From: the human T2T-CHM13v2.0 reference genome, Homo sapiens
Assembly (NCBI RefSeq): GCF_009914755.1
Contig: NC_060935.1
DNA length: 64,000 bases
Reading direction: 5' to 3' (one strand)
Each line of letters begins with the position of its first letter. Positions within the stretch are counted from its first letter, which is position 1. The notes under the pieces are model-generated. The model did no database searches. It had not been told where the DNA came from and was given only the letters and a program-made list of their open reading frames with translations. Both the position numbers and the translations under genes were made by a program. This document shows positions 23,676 through 40,360 of this stretch, piece after piece.

Positions 23676-23826
23676 TCATAGGATTGTTGTAAGGATTATT
23701 AAATAAAACAATATGTAAAGCACTTCATACATGTATAGCATAGGAAATACACTACGCATAGTAGCTTTTGCCATTGCTATCATTCAAGATTCTTCTGCCT
23801 TCAGTAAATTGAATGGAAACTCAACA

Positions 23827-24156
23827 CAGTCAGCCCTCCATATATGTGGGTTTCACATCCATGAATTCAACTAGTTATGGATTGAAAATATTCAAAGAAA
23901 TACCACAAACTTCCAAAAAGCAAAACTTAAATTGGCCACATGCTGAGTACCACATTGAGTCCACATGAATGAAGTAATGTTAAGCATTGTATTAGGTATT
24001 ATAAGTAATCCAGAGATGATTTAAAGAACACAGGAGAATGTGCATAGTTTATACACATAGTCTATGAGATTTAATATAAGGTACTTAAGCATCCATGGAT
24101 TTTGGTATCTGGAGGGGTCCTGGAACCAATTTCCCACAGATACTGAAGGATGACTG
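23827..24156. mobile_element. Tigger3a-like DNA transposon
   Basis: TIRs 'cagtcagccctccatat' / 'gatactgaaggatgactg'+TA; internal 'gtattaggtattataagtaatc'. Confidence 0.8.
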
Positions 24157-24840
24157 TATTATGACAACTGGGAAGCTTGTTAAACCCAATCATAAAGGCT
24201 TCAGTTTTCTTACCTGGAAAATGAGATAGTAGTATTACCTACCTTGTAGGGTTATAGTGAGGATTAAATGACATAATATATGTAAACACCTGACATTGTG
24301 ACTGGCACATACTGAGCGCTTTATATATTTAGCTGTCATTACTATTGCTGTTATTATTATGGTTGATTCTGATTAAATGTAAATCAACTAATATTTTTAT
24401 TCAAATACAATGAGTTGTGGCTCTCAGTTCCTTGTATCTCAAGAACCCAAACCAACCCAGAGTCAGTCCAAAATTGTGCTTTAGCTAAAAAGTAACCAAT
24501 AGACTGTATAAATGTTGAAAGAAACTTTTATCAATTTCAAATGTACATCTTGTAACATCTCAGAATCTATTATATATAGAAACAGGATACTGTTATTGGA
24601 GAGTAGATAACCAGCACCTGAGAGCCAAGAATTTATTAATAGTTTGTGTAACACTGCCAGAACTTCCCTTTTCACCTTGAAGCCAGACAAAATGTAGAGA
24701 TTTTAGGAGTCTGGGGGCCCAGCAACATGGTTAGTAGCCTAGTGAGGTTGAGCACTTTTTTCATATACCTGATGGCCATTTATATGTCTTCTTTTGAGAC
24801 ATGTATACTGAGTTCATTTGCCCACTTTTTAAGTGGATTA

Positions 24841-25320
24841 CATTGACCGTTGAACAACATGGGCATTAAGTGTGCTGAGCCCCACACAGCTGAAAATTTG
24901 AGTATAACTTTTAGTTATCCAAAAACTTAACTCCTAGTAACCTACTATTGACTGGAAGCCTTACCAATAACATAAGCAGTCGATTAACACCTATTTTATC
25001 TGTTATATGTAATATATGCTGTATTCTTAAAATAAAGTAAGCTCAATAAAAGAAAATGTTATAAAGAAAATTGTAAGAAAGAGAAAATATATGTACTATT
25101 CACTAAGTAGAATTGGATCATCATAAAGGTCTTTATACTCATCATCTTCACATTGAGTAGTCAGAGGAGGAGTAAGAGAAGGAGGAGGAGGTAGAGGAGG
25201 AGGAGGAGGAGGAAGAGTCAGGAATGGTCTTACTGTCTCAGCGGTGACAAGAGGTGTAAGAAAAATCTACATATAAGTGGACCCATGCAGTTCAAACCTG
25301 TGTTGTTAAAGGGCCAACTG
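24841..25320. mobile_element. Tigger2a (MER28)
   Basis: TIRs 'cattgaccgttgaacaac' / 'gttgttaaagggccaactg', TA TSD, internal GAG-rich tract. Confidence 0.85.
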
Positions 25321-26025
25321 TATTTTCTTCATTTCTGTTGAGTGGTATGAATTCCTCATATATTCTGGATATTAATCCCTTGTCAGATGAGTAGTTTGCA
25401 AACATTTTCTCCCATTCTGCAGGTTGTATTCTCACTGTTGATTGTTTCCTTTGCTGTGCAGAACTTTTTAGTTTCATATAATCCCATTTGTCTATTTTTG
25501 CTTCTGTCACCTGTGCTTTTGAGGTCTTCTCCATAAAGACTGGTCTTTGCCCAGATGAAGAGCCTGAAGCTCTACCCCTGTTTTCTTCTAGTAGTTTCAT
25601 AGTTTGTTTTCTTACATTAAGTCTTTAAACCATCTCGATTTGATTTTTGAGTATGGTGAGAAGTAGGGGTCTAGTTTCATTTTACTGCGGCTGGTTATTC
25701 AGTTTTCCTAGTACCATTTATTAGAGGATGTCCCTTCCCCAGTAAATGTCCTTGGTACCTTTGCTGAAAAGCTGTTGGCTGTGAACATGTAGATTTACTT
25801 CTGGGTTCTCTTATTATATTCCATTACTCTATGTGTCTGTTTTTATGCCAGTACCATGCTGTTGTATTTACTATGGCTGTGTAGTATATTTTGAAATGCA
25901 GTAGTGTGATGCCTCCAGCTTTATTCCTTTTGCTCAGAATTACTTTGACTATTCAGGGTCTTTTGTGGTTCCATAGAAATTTTAGGACTGTTTACTATAT
26001 TTTTGTGAAGAATGTCATTGGTATA

Positions 26026-28399
26026 TATATTAGTCTGTTCTCACATTGCTATAAAGAACTACCTGAGACTGGGTAATTTATAAAGAAAAGAGGTTTAATT
26101 GGCTCACAGTTCCACAGGATGGTGAAGCCTCAGGGAACTTACAATCATAGTGGAAGGCAAGGGGGAAGGAGACACATCCTACATGGCTGGACCAGGAGGA
26201 AGAGAGTGAAGGGGGAAGTGCTACACACCTTCAAACCACCAGACCTCCTGAGAATTCACTCACTGTCACAAGAACAAGAAGTGAGAAGTCTGCCCCCATG
26301 ATCCAATCACCTCCCACCAGGCCCCTCCTCCAACATTGGGGATTACTACATTTTGACAACTACATTTTGACATGAGAGTAGGGCAGGAACACAAATCCAA
26401 ACCATATCCTTATGCCTGTGGCCCCTCCCAAATCTCATGTCCTTCTCACATTGCAAAATACAATCATCCCTTCTCAACAGTCCCCCAAGTCTTAACTCAT
26501 TTCAGCATTAACTCAAAAGTTCACATCCAAATTCTCATCTGAGACAAGGCAAGTCTCTTCTATCTATGAGCTTGTAAAATCAAAACCAAGTTAGTTATTT
26601 CCAAGATACAATGGGGTCACAGGCATTGGGTAAATACACCCATTTCAAAAGGGAGAAATCTGCTAAAACAAAGGGGCTACAGGCCCCATGAAACTCCAAA
26701 ATCCTGCAGGGCAGTTGTTAAAACTTCAAAATAATTTCCTTTGATTCCATGTCTCACATCCAGGCCACACTGATGCAAGGGGTGGGCTCCCAAGGGCTTG
26801 GGAATCTCCACCCATGTGGCTCTGCAGAGTACAGCCTCCTTTGCTGCTTGCACAAGCTAGCATTGAGTGCCTGAGGGTTTTCCAGGTGCACAGTGCAAGC
26901 TGTCAGTGGATCTACCAATTTGGGGACTGGAGGATGGTAGCCTTCTTCTGGACAGTGCTCCAGTGGGGACTTTGTTTGGGGGCTCCACCCCCACATGTCT
27001 CTTCCACACTGCCCTAGTAGAGGTTCCCCATGAGGGCTCTGCCCTGCAGCAGACTTCTGCCTGGACATCCAGGCATTTCCATACATCCTCTGAAATCTAG
27101 GCAGAGGCTCCCAAGCCTCAACTTTTGCCTTCTGCACATCTGCAGGCTTAACATCATGTGGAAGTTGCCAAGGCTTATAGCTTGCACCTTTTCAAGCAAT
27201 GCCCAAGCTGTACTTTGGCCTGTTTTAGCCATAGCTGGAGCTGGAGCAGAAATGATGCAGGGTACCATATCCTGAGGCTGCACAGAGCAACAGGGCCCTG
27301 GTCCTGGCCCACAAAATCATTCTTCCCTCCTAGACCTCCAGGCCTGTGATGGGAGGGGCTGCCAAGAAAGTCTCTGAAATGCCTTTGAGGCATTTTCCCT
27401 ATTAACTTGGCTATCAACATTTGGCTCCTTTTTACACATGCAAATTTCTGTAGCTGGCTTGAATTCCTCCCCAGAAAATGGGTTTATCTTTTCTAACACA
27501 TGGCCAGGCTGTAAATTTTCCAAACTTTTACATTCTGCTTCCCTTTTAAATATAAATTTCAGTTTCAGATCATCTCCTTGCTCAAGTATATGAGCATATG
27601 CTCTTAGAAGCAGCCAGACCACATCTTGAATGCTTTGCTGCTTAGAAATTTCTTCCTCCAGATACCCTAAATCATTTCTCTCAATTTCAAAGTTCCACAG
27701 AGCTCTAGGACAGGGGTACAATGCCTCCAACCTCTTTGCTAATACATAACAATAGTGGCCTTTGCTTCAGTTCCCAATAAGTTCCTTATCTCCATCTCAG
27801 ACCACCTTAGCCTAGACATCATTGTTCATAGCACTATCAGCATTTTGGTCACAACAAATTAACAAGTCTCTAGGAAGTTCCAAACTTTCTCTCATCTTCC
27901 TGTCTTCTTTTCAGCCCTCCACTCTCTTCCAACCTCTTCCCATTACCCAGTTCCAAAGTCACTTCCACATTTTCATGTATCTTTACAGCAATACCGCACT
28001 ATTGGTACCAGTTTTCTGTATTAGTCCATTTTCACATTGCTATAAAGAACTACCCGAGACTGGGCAATTTATAAAGAAAAGAGGTTTAATTCACTCACGG
28101 TTCCACAGGCTGCACAGGAAGCATGGCTGGGGAAGCCCCAGGAAACTTACTATCATGACGGAAGGCAAAGGGGAAGGAGGCACATCCTATATGGCTGGAG
28201 CAGGAGGAAGAGAGTGGAGGGGGAAGTGCTACACACTTTTAAACAACCAGATCTCCTGGGAACTCACTCACTATCATGAGAACAGTAAGGGGGACATCCA
28301 CCCCATTATACAATCACCTCCCACCAAGCTTCTTCTCTAACACTGGAGATTACAATTCAACGTGAGAGTTGGACAGGAACACAAATCCCAACCATATCA
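26026..28399 (-). mobile_element. Complete MSTA MaLR element (LTR 26026-26409, internal ~26410-28016, LTR 28017-28399)
   Basis: Two homologous MSTA LTRs flank MaLR internal sequence; TSD GTATA/GTATG (26021-26025, 28400-28404). Confidence 0.9.
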
Positions 28400-28829
28400 G
28401 TATGTTGATAGGGATTGCAATGAATCTGTAGATCACTTTCGGTAATACGGTAATTTTCACAATATTAGTTATTCTAATCCATGAACATAGAATGTCTTCT
28501 TGTTTGTCTGTGTGTGTGTATCCTCTTCAATTTTTTCATCAGTGTTTAATAGTTTTTCTTGCAGAGACCTTTATCTATTTGGTTAATTAATTCCTAGGTA
28601 TTTTAAAATTTTTTACAACTATATTATAAATGGGATTGTTTTCTTGACTTTTTTTTCTCTTAGTTTGTTGTTGGCATATATAAACACAACACAACTAATT
28701 TTTGTATGTTGATTTTGTATCCCACAACTTTGCCGAATTTGTTTATCAGGTATGAGTTTTTAGTGGAACTTCTAAGGTTTCTGTATGTAAGATTATGTCA
28801 TTGGCAAACAGGGACAATTTTACTTCAAG

Positions 28830-29265
28830 ACCCAAAATTTGGTCTCAAATTTATTTATTTATTTCTCATTTTATAACCTACATTTACATAAGCAGTTCAT
28901 AATATCTGTCAATGTCAAGGGCTCAAGTTCTTTCTGTGTTTTTCCTCCACATTTCCTAGGATAACACCATCATCTTTAAGTTTCAAGATGGCACACAATG
29001 ATGGTCTTATTCCAGCACAAGAGTTAAAGGGGAAGGGGGTGGGGCATGCTCTTTCCCTTCAAGGGATGATCTGGATTTATATATGTCACTTTCATTCATA
29101 TTCCTTTAGTCAGAACTTAGCTATGTGGACATTTACCTGAAGAAAGGATGGAAAATATTGTTTTATTTTGGGTGGCAATGTGCCCAGCTAAATCTTGAGG
29201 TTCTGTTATTAGGGAAATTTATTAAGGACAGAAACAAGATACAACTAGCATTCTCTGTCAAAACA
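28830..29265 (-). mobile_element. Old MaLR LTR (MLT1J-like)
   Basis: 'tagtcagaacttagctatgtggac..gggtggcaatgtgcccagctaaa'. Confidence 0.5.
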
Positions 29266-30927
29266 GCAGTTTAGATTGATAGTACAAGACATAGGCCTGG
29301 AAGGCTGAAAGCCTAGGTTTAAGTCCTGAAACAACATTTATGTAGCTGGCTTAACTATCAATTAACTGGGTGATCTTGGCAATGATATTCAGTTCAGTAA
29401 GCTGCAGTTTCCTCATAACAGAGTGCCTATTTCATCGGATTACTGGAAGGATTAAAAGTGCTAACCCAAATAATCTCACATAGTTCTTGACACTCAGCAT
29501 GTACTCAGTAATGTAAGCTATTATTGTCAGTAATTAGGAACATCAGTTCCTCATTAGAGCCTCCTTCTAGGAAAAATACTAAACAGCTTGAGGGCAAGGA
29601 CAGTGTCCTGAATTTTCTCTTGGAGAATGGGTGAGTGTATTTTGCATGTAGGGTCTTCAGGGGAATGAAAAGATGTTTTTACAAATATGTCTCCCCCAAG
29701 AGACCGTTTCTAAGCGATCTCAATAGCCCCAGGTGTTAAGTGTCAAAGGAAATGTGCCAAGTTTTATAAGGCAAACATGCTGGTCTGGGCACTGGCTGCT
29801 TTAAAATGACCCTTGATAAAATGTATGAATTCCTGAGCATCTCATAATCAGAATCTCCAGGAGTATAACACACAATGTTATTTTTAATAAGCTTTCTGAG
29901 TTAATGCTGTTATTCCACAAGGTGTTCGAATCATTGCTGAATAACAATACTAATAAGAGTATTTGTTGTTATTAATAATGACAGCTATATTTATTAAGGC
30001 TTACTGTGTATGTGCACTAGTCTAAGCACTTTATACATGTTAACTTATTTTATCCTCACAATAACCTTATGAATTGTTGCTATTGTTATCTTCATTTTAC
30101 TGATTAAGAAATGGAAACACAAAAAAATGTACATAACTCACCCCAATCACAGAGTGAGTAAGTAGTTGAGCCAGGATTTGAACCCAATCTTGCTCAGAGT
30201 GTGCACAATTAACCACATTATTCTGTTTCCATTTGCAGTGGAAGGAAAGTGATGAGTGGAACTGGATCCCACTGGAGAACAGCCAGGGCTCCATCACAGC
30301 CTAAAGCCTCAAGGAGCTCCCCATGAGGTGTCCCACACATGCAACCTTGCTTACTTACAGAAGCACCTAAGACACACCATTAAAAGCTGGAATAAATAGC
30401 CTCGAAAAGAGCATAACTATGTAACAGACGTTTTTCCCAATGTGACAAAACTAGCTGTGCTTAATCTAGGGCTGTTAAATACCCAAAGTAGATGAAACTA
30501 CATTGAGTTATGCTTGGCACTTTCTGGCCATAAAGTTAATTTTGTATTCCCTAGAACAGATGTCCAGCTGGACTTCTAGACTGTGCCAGGCTCCTCGGGG
30601 GCAGGGTGAGGGGCAACGATGCAGGGATGATGCAAAGTCTTACTCAGAAAATAATGAAGGTTTTCAAGGGCTAGGTTATCACGGACATGAGGGCTTCTCA
30701 CTACTAAAACTGCCCAGTGTCCAGGCAGTTCCATGGACTGCGCTGCTCCTTTTCCAAGAAAATCTCATGCACATGAAACTGCCAAGCTCTGTGCTGCCCA
30801 AAGCATTTTGTAGGCTGGTGAAACAGGCAGCCTCCATATTTGTAAGCAGTTTTCAGAATGTCTTGTCATTTATCTGTCTACGTATCTCTCCTTCTCACCA
30901 GACTGAGTGACCTGGCAGAGAATAAGG

Positions 30928-31570
30928 GTGGTGACTGCAAAACTGGATGAAAATGCCTCTTCTATTATTGAGAGGTGGAATCTAATTCTCCACCTTGGAA
31001 TCTGGGTTGGCCACATGACTTTCTTTGGCTAACAGGGAGGGAGGAAGGGGGCAAGCAGTGAGTTGAGATCGTGCCACTTCACTCCAGCCTGGGCGACAGA
31101 GCAAGACTCCATCAAAAAAGAAAGAAGAAAGGAAGGAAGAAAGAAAGAAAAGGAAAAGAAAAGAAAAGAAAAGAAAAGAAAAGAAAAGAAAAGAAAAGAA
31201 AAGAAAAGAAAAGAAGAGTGATGGTGCATTGGATCTTGCCTTCTTGCTATGCTTAGAACCCTGAGATCTAAGGGAACAAGCCCAGAGTAGCAGCTGAAAG
31301 ATGAGAGGCTGATAGAGAAGAACCAGGGCACTCCTGCCAATGCCCAGTCAGTGTTCACACATGTAATTGAGGCCATCCTAGACCATCCAGTTCCCAGTGA
31401 CCCCAGACCACAGATGCGTGACAGGACACAGTAGAGATCAGCTGCTATGCCCAAAGCAGAAAAACGTCCCAGCTGGGACACAAGATTATAATGAGCTATA
31501 TAAAATGATGCTATTTTAGGTCTCTAAGTTTTGGAATGGTTTGCTACCCAACAATTGCTAACTGACTAAG
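30928..31570 (+). mobile_element. MLT1F/G/H-like LTR interrupted by an Alu 3' fragment
   Basis: 'gagaggtggaatctaattctccaccttggaatctgggttggcc..' and 3' end 'ctaagttttggaatggtttgctac'. Confidence 0.65.
31056..31216 (+). repeat. Alu 3' fragment with tail-derived purine STR including (AAAAG)12
   Basis: 'gcagtgagttgagatcgtgccacttcactccagcctgggcgacagagcaagactcc'; pure AAAAG run at 31154-31213. Confidence 0.92.
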
Positions 31571-33257
31571 AAGGTAAATTATTAAAAGGAGAGGCTCTGG
31601 AATTAACCATGCCTAGGTTCAAATCCCAGCTTTTTCTCTTACTAGATGTGTGCCTCTAGACAACTAAGTTAACTTCTCTAACTCCCAGTTTCATTATCTT
31701 TAAAATTAGGAAAAATAAACATAGCTATTACCTGTTTTTTTTAAGAAGAAATAAGGTTTGTATGAGCCACTGGTTTGTTATATGGTAGTTATTTTTCTAC
31801 TACTATTACTATTATTGTTATTGCTATTGGAATCTTGTGGATTTGAACTGAGCTATGGGCTAGAACAGGGTGATTAGTCTTGCCAGGTTCCAGAGATAAA
31901 GAAATGAATCTAACAAGGTATTGGCTTGAGCCAAGAGTCAACAAATATCTATAGATATGAATTACGTTATATAGTAAATAACCACTGTCTAAATACTTGC
32001 ATGGTTGCAAAGGGTTTGTCATCCCTGGAAAATATCACTAAGATCCCTCCAGTTCTCAGGTTTTAGAGAGCGGGGAGAGAGCAGGAAGTGGCAGCAAACA
32101 AATGGAAATGGGAGCAACCCGTTGCCACAGAATAGGATCAGGGATTCCTAGAACTGGGTGGGGAGGTGGAGGTGGCTTTGAATACAAAGATTCACCCCAC
32201 TAGCCTTCAGACTCCTTCTGAAATAGAAACAAGAACCAACTATCCAAGAGCAGCCTGACATAATGAGAACATTACAAATTCTGGAGTCAGGAACACCAGT
32301 TTAAATCCTCCTGAGCTGGCTCATGTATCTATTGAGACTATAGAACCCAATAGGATTTATACGTAGGTTCATAGGATGGTTGTGAGAATTTGACATAACA
32401 CAAATGTAAAATGTTTCACATAGTAGCTGCCACATGATAGGTGATCAACTGACATAGTGTTTTCCCCATGTCTTCCATGTTCATAAAGCCGCTTTTGCTG
32501 TTCACCTCCTGACAGAGCCTGCCTCCTACAACCTGGGGATGCAGCGAAATCTGAAGGCCAGCCTCCTGACCACAGATACTATTTCTAGATTTGTGAACTT
32601 GCACCAATCCCTTGGCCTCTCTGTTTATCAGTTTCTCACTGGTGAAATGAGGATAATATTTTGTGTCCCTGATGCAGTTCTCAAGGATAAGGGGATGATT
32701 CATTCAATTTTAAAACCTAACTCAGGGCTTGATGATGCTGAGTAGAAAATAAATAAAACACAAAAGGAAAGTCAAATGACTAATACTTAAAGTCCCAAGT
32801 CACTAATGAATAGTCGGTGACATTTTCATCACTTTTAATTCTTTTTTCTCTTTCCCTTTTCTTTGTCCTAGACCCTCTCATGGAGAGATGCATTTCTCAT
32901 ACTGGTTTTGCTGCCTCTCTCTTTTCCCCTTCTCCCCACCCCAAGCCTGCAGTTTCTCAACAGGGACAAAAAGCCAGCACTGGAACCAGGCCTAGGGAAA
33001 TAGCACAATAATAGTTAACCAAGAACTTACTCTATGCTAGGCACTCTGCTATATACTTTATACATGTTATCTCTTCTAATTCTAACAATTCAATGAAGGT
33101 GATATGATTTTAATCTTGGAAAGGCTCAATAATTTTTCAAGGTGACACAGTAAATTGTAATAGCAGAGTTAGGATTTAGATCCAAGCCAGCTGACTTCAA
33201 AGCTCACTAGCTTATCTTTTGCAATACAATATGTATTCAAGATCAGTACAGTGTAGT

Positions 33258-33339
33258 GATTGAGACCATAGTTTCTTTTTTTTTTTCAAGTATGATTCTT
33301 CTGTTTTTAACAATGGGGGCTTAGGATTGAGACCATAGT
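33258..33339 (-). other. Tiny TSD-flanked, poly(A)-tailed insertion of unidentified sequence
   Basis: 15-bp direct repeat GATTGAGACCATAGT (33258-33272, 33325-33339) flanks T11 (33276-33286) plus 38 nt that I do not recognise. Confidence 0.75.
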
Positions 33340-34397
33340 CTTTAAAGTCAGATGCCTGGTTACAGAATGACTGAGTAATTGCTTAGTAATATCTAAAATA
33401 TAAGATATATATTGGATTATATTGTGTATTATATATGTGCGTGTATGTGTGTGTGTCTGGTGTATGCAGTAGATTAAGCACTTACATATGCCAAGTCTGC
33501 ATTTAATATTTATAACAACCCCATGAAGAAGGTGATAGTATTATCCCCATTTTATTCATAGGGAAAATGAGATACAGAGAGCGCAAGAAATTTGCCCAAG
33601 ATTGCACAGCTAGTAAACAGCAGAGCCAAGATTCAAACCTGGGCAATCTAGCTCTGAGGTCTCTACCCTTGATCACTAAACCTTGTAGCCTCCAGGAGGC
33701 ACAAAGCTCCCACTTCCAGCCCAGCTCCTCACCATGCCCTTGTGAGCTGTTCTTCATTCCATTTCTCCAGCCTTGATGCCCACGAAAGTCGAGAAGGCAC
33801 AAATCAAGCTCTCCCCAGAACTCTCATCACACTCCACTCTGGCGCAGTGGCAGCCTCGTGTGGGCCTAAGAGTTCCTTCAGCTCAGCAAGCATCCTGCTA
33901 GACTAGAGCAGAGATGCGAGAGAAACAAAGCTCTTCCTGTGCCAACAGCCCAAGTCTCTGTGAGTAATTCTCTTAGGGCTCCTTCTTTTGGCTTGAGATG
34001 CAGGGGTGGGGAGAGGAAGTGCTTTCTACTCTGCAAATTTCCTTCTGTAGAAGACACTGCGGCACCTCCTGTACCTAAGTCTCCCTGGGACCCCTTTTAT
34101 CACCTCATTCCCCAGATTCTGTAATGCTTTGCTGTTGATAATCCCACTAGTGACCTGCAGATGACTGAGCATTGAAAGCTGAGAGCAGGCTCCATGTGAG
34201 GGTACTTTTGCCTTGAGGCAGAAAAAACCTGGAGGTGTCATTTACACACCCAAGCCTCAGGGATTTCACCTTGTTTGAGTCTTCCTCTTCCTTGTCCATT
34301 CTCCCACTTCCTTGCTGGTTTCTCTTGGGAACACTTTTTAAATAAATTACTTGGAAATTATTTGAGCTGAGGGGTTCTGCTTCTGGGAGAATCCAAC

Positions 34398-34760
34398 TGA
34401 TATGGTTTGGCTGTGTTCCCACCCAAATCTCATCTTGAATTGTAGCTCCCATAATTCCCACATGTTGTGGGAGGGACCTGGTGGGAGATAATTGAATCAT
34501 GAGGGGAAAGGTGTCCCCCATGCTGGTCTCGTGGTGGTGAATAAGTCTCACGAGAGCTGACGGTTTTATAAGGGTTTCTCCTTTCACTTGGCTCTCATTA
34601 TCTCTTGCCTGCTGCCATGTAAGATATGTCTTTCACCTTCCGCCATGATTGTGAGGCCTCTCCAGCCACGTGAAACTGTGAGTCCATTAAATCTCCTTCC
34701 TTTATATATTACCCAGTCTCAGCTATGTTTTTATTAGAAGCATGAGAACAGACTAATACT
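34398..34760 (+). mobile_element. THE1 (C/D-like) solo LTR inserted at the end of an older ERVL LTR
   Basis: 'tgatatggtttggctgtgttcccacccaaatctcatcttgaattgtagctccc'; TSD CCAAC (34393-34397, 34761-34765). Confidence 0.9.
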
Positions 34761-35914
34761 CCAACCTAAGAGACAAATTTTGTTTTGCTTTGTCTTAAAG
34801 AATGTCTAGGCTTTTCTTAAATGCACTCGTTAAGAGGAATGGGCATTGGTGGTCATCTCTTAGCATGTCTTGCACAAATGGTGTTGATAACTTTCTTTAC
34901 AGAGGATGTAAGCATTACCAACCAATGTCCTCAGCTCATGAGCCTCCACTGCAGCTCCAGAAGGAGAAAAACATTTTCCATTTAACATTCTGTAATGTGA
35001 TTTTTTCCCCCTCAGTATTGTCCAGACTCTGTGATAAAAAAACAAACCTTTTTTTTTCTCCCTTTTATGCCTGTTTTGGAGCAGAGCTTCCTCCATATTC
35101 ACTGGGGCTCTTATGCCTCAGCTGCCACAGAGATGTGTTTGGCTCCATTTGGAGAACCGACAGGCAGAGAAAATGTTTATAAAACAAAAATCAAAACCAA
35201 GATACCTGGCTGCTACCCGGGAGCCTGACAGTGTCACAGGAAGGCTTTTTCCACCACTGTCTGCAGCCAGCTTCAATCATGCTAACAGAGTGTACTTCAG
35301 GTCACCCCACTTCTCTCCTAGGTTCTTCTCCAAGAGGCCAACAAAGCCCATCTCTCTGAGGTAAGCCATTTCCCAGGAGACCATAGTATTGCTCCCCAGC
35401 CTTCAAGACATGGCACACACATGGTAAAGGGATGAGACTGCTAAGGGCTTGGAGATACCTTCCCAGAGCTCCTTCTGCCCAGCCCACTCCAAGGTGTGTG
35501 TGAGGGGAGGGGTGGATCAATATCTCAGCAAGCCTTAACCCAATCTCAGTGTCCTGTCTAGGAAGCTCAAGTCTAGGAAATGAGGATAGGAGAGAAAAGA
35601 ATTTTGGGGTCCAAATATACCCTGAGCAGTATTGTGTCACCCCTCTTACTTTATGTCAGTGTCATCAGTGCCCATACAAGTAGCACAGAGTGATACTTAG
35701 AGAAAAATTAGTGTGCAGCATCATGCAGTGGCTATGAAAAAGTTGGAAGTCACACAGAACAGATTTGAGTTCAAAACCCCATACTGGGGTTGTATACCTT
35801 AGGCAAATTTGTATCTTAGAACAGTTATGTAACCTGTTAATTCCCCATCTGGAAAATGGACCTTCTGCCTTAGATGATTGCTTTGAAGATCAATGAAATA
35901 GTATATGCAAAAGA

Positions 35915-36249
35915 ATTTCAAAAAAGCAGACAGTAGAATCGTGGTTGCCAGAGGCTGGCTAGGGAATGGGGAGATGTGGGTCAAAGAGCACAAAATTTCA
36001 GTTTTACATGATTACTAAATTCTGGAGATCTAATGTACAGCATGGTGACTATGAATAATAACAATGTAATGTATATTTGAATTCTGCAGAGGAAGTAAAT
36101 ATTAAATATTCTCACCACACACACACAAAACCCACAATGGTAACTATGTGGAGTGATGCATATGTGAATTAGGTTGATTGTGGTAATCAATCCACAATGC
36201 ATACATATATCAAATCATTAGACTACGCATCTTACATTTACACAAATTT
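35915..36249 (+). mobile_element. L1MA/MB 3' end (continues at 42417-42460 after the L1PA insertion)
   Basis: 'agtagaatcgtggttgccagaggctgg..ggagatctaatgtacagcatggtgactat'; terminal 'atacctcagtaaagctgg'+A tract after 42416. Confidence 0.75.
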
Positions 36250-36479
36250 TTTTATTTTTTTATTTTATTATTATTATACTTTAAGTTTTAGGGTACATGT
36301 GCACAATGTGCAGGTTAGTTACATATGTATACATGTGCCATGCTGGTGTGCTGCACCCATTAAGTCGTCATTTAGCATTAGATATATCTCCTAAAGCTAC
36401 CCTCCCACCCCCTCCCCCCACCCCACAACAGGCCCCAGAGTGTGATGTTCCCCTTCCTGTGTCCATGTGTTCTCATTGT

Positions 36480-40297
<3,818 letters not shown>

Positions 40298-40360
40298 TAT
40301 GATGCTAGCTGGTTATTTTGCTCGTTAATTGATGCAGTTTCTTCCTAGCCTCAATGGTCT

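Larger units (their letters stand above)
24742..28827 (-). mobile_element. Old L1 (L1MA/PB) ORF2 fragment, host to Tigger2a and MSTA insertions
   Basis: ORF 25292-25600 ([39 protein letters not shown]) is L1 ORF2; homology resumes after each nested insertion. Confidence 0.85.

Noticed and set aside
25165-25215. (GAG)n tract
   Set aside because: Part of the Tigger2a internal GAG-rich segment, only modestly expanded.
26754-28340. Cluster of 60-170-aa ORFs
   Set aside because: All lie within the MSTA internal region or LTR; degenerate MaLR sequence.
35085-35360. Possible plus-strand exon (pyrimidine tract..CAG; GAG|GTAAGC) and 83-aa ORF 35113-35364
   Set aside because: No recognisable protein and no partner exons identified; splice motifs alone are insufficient.
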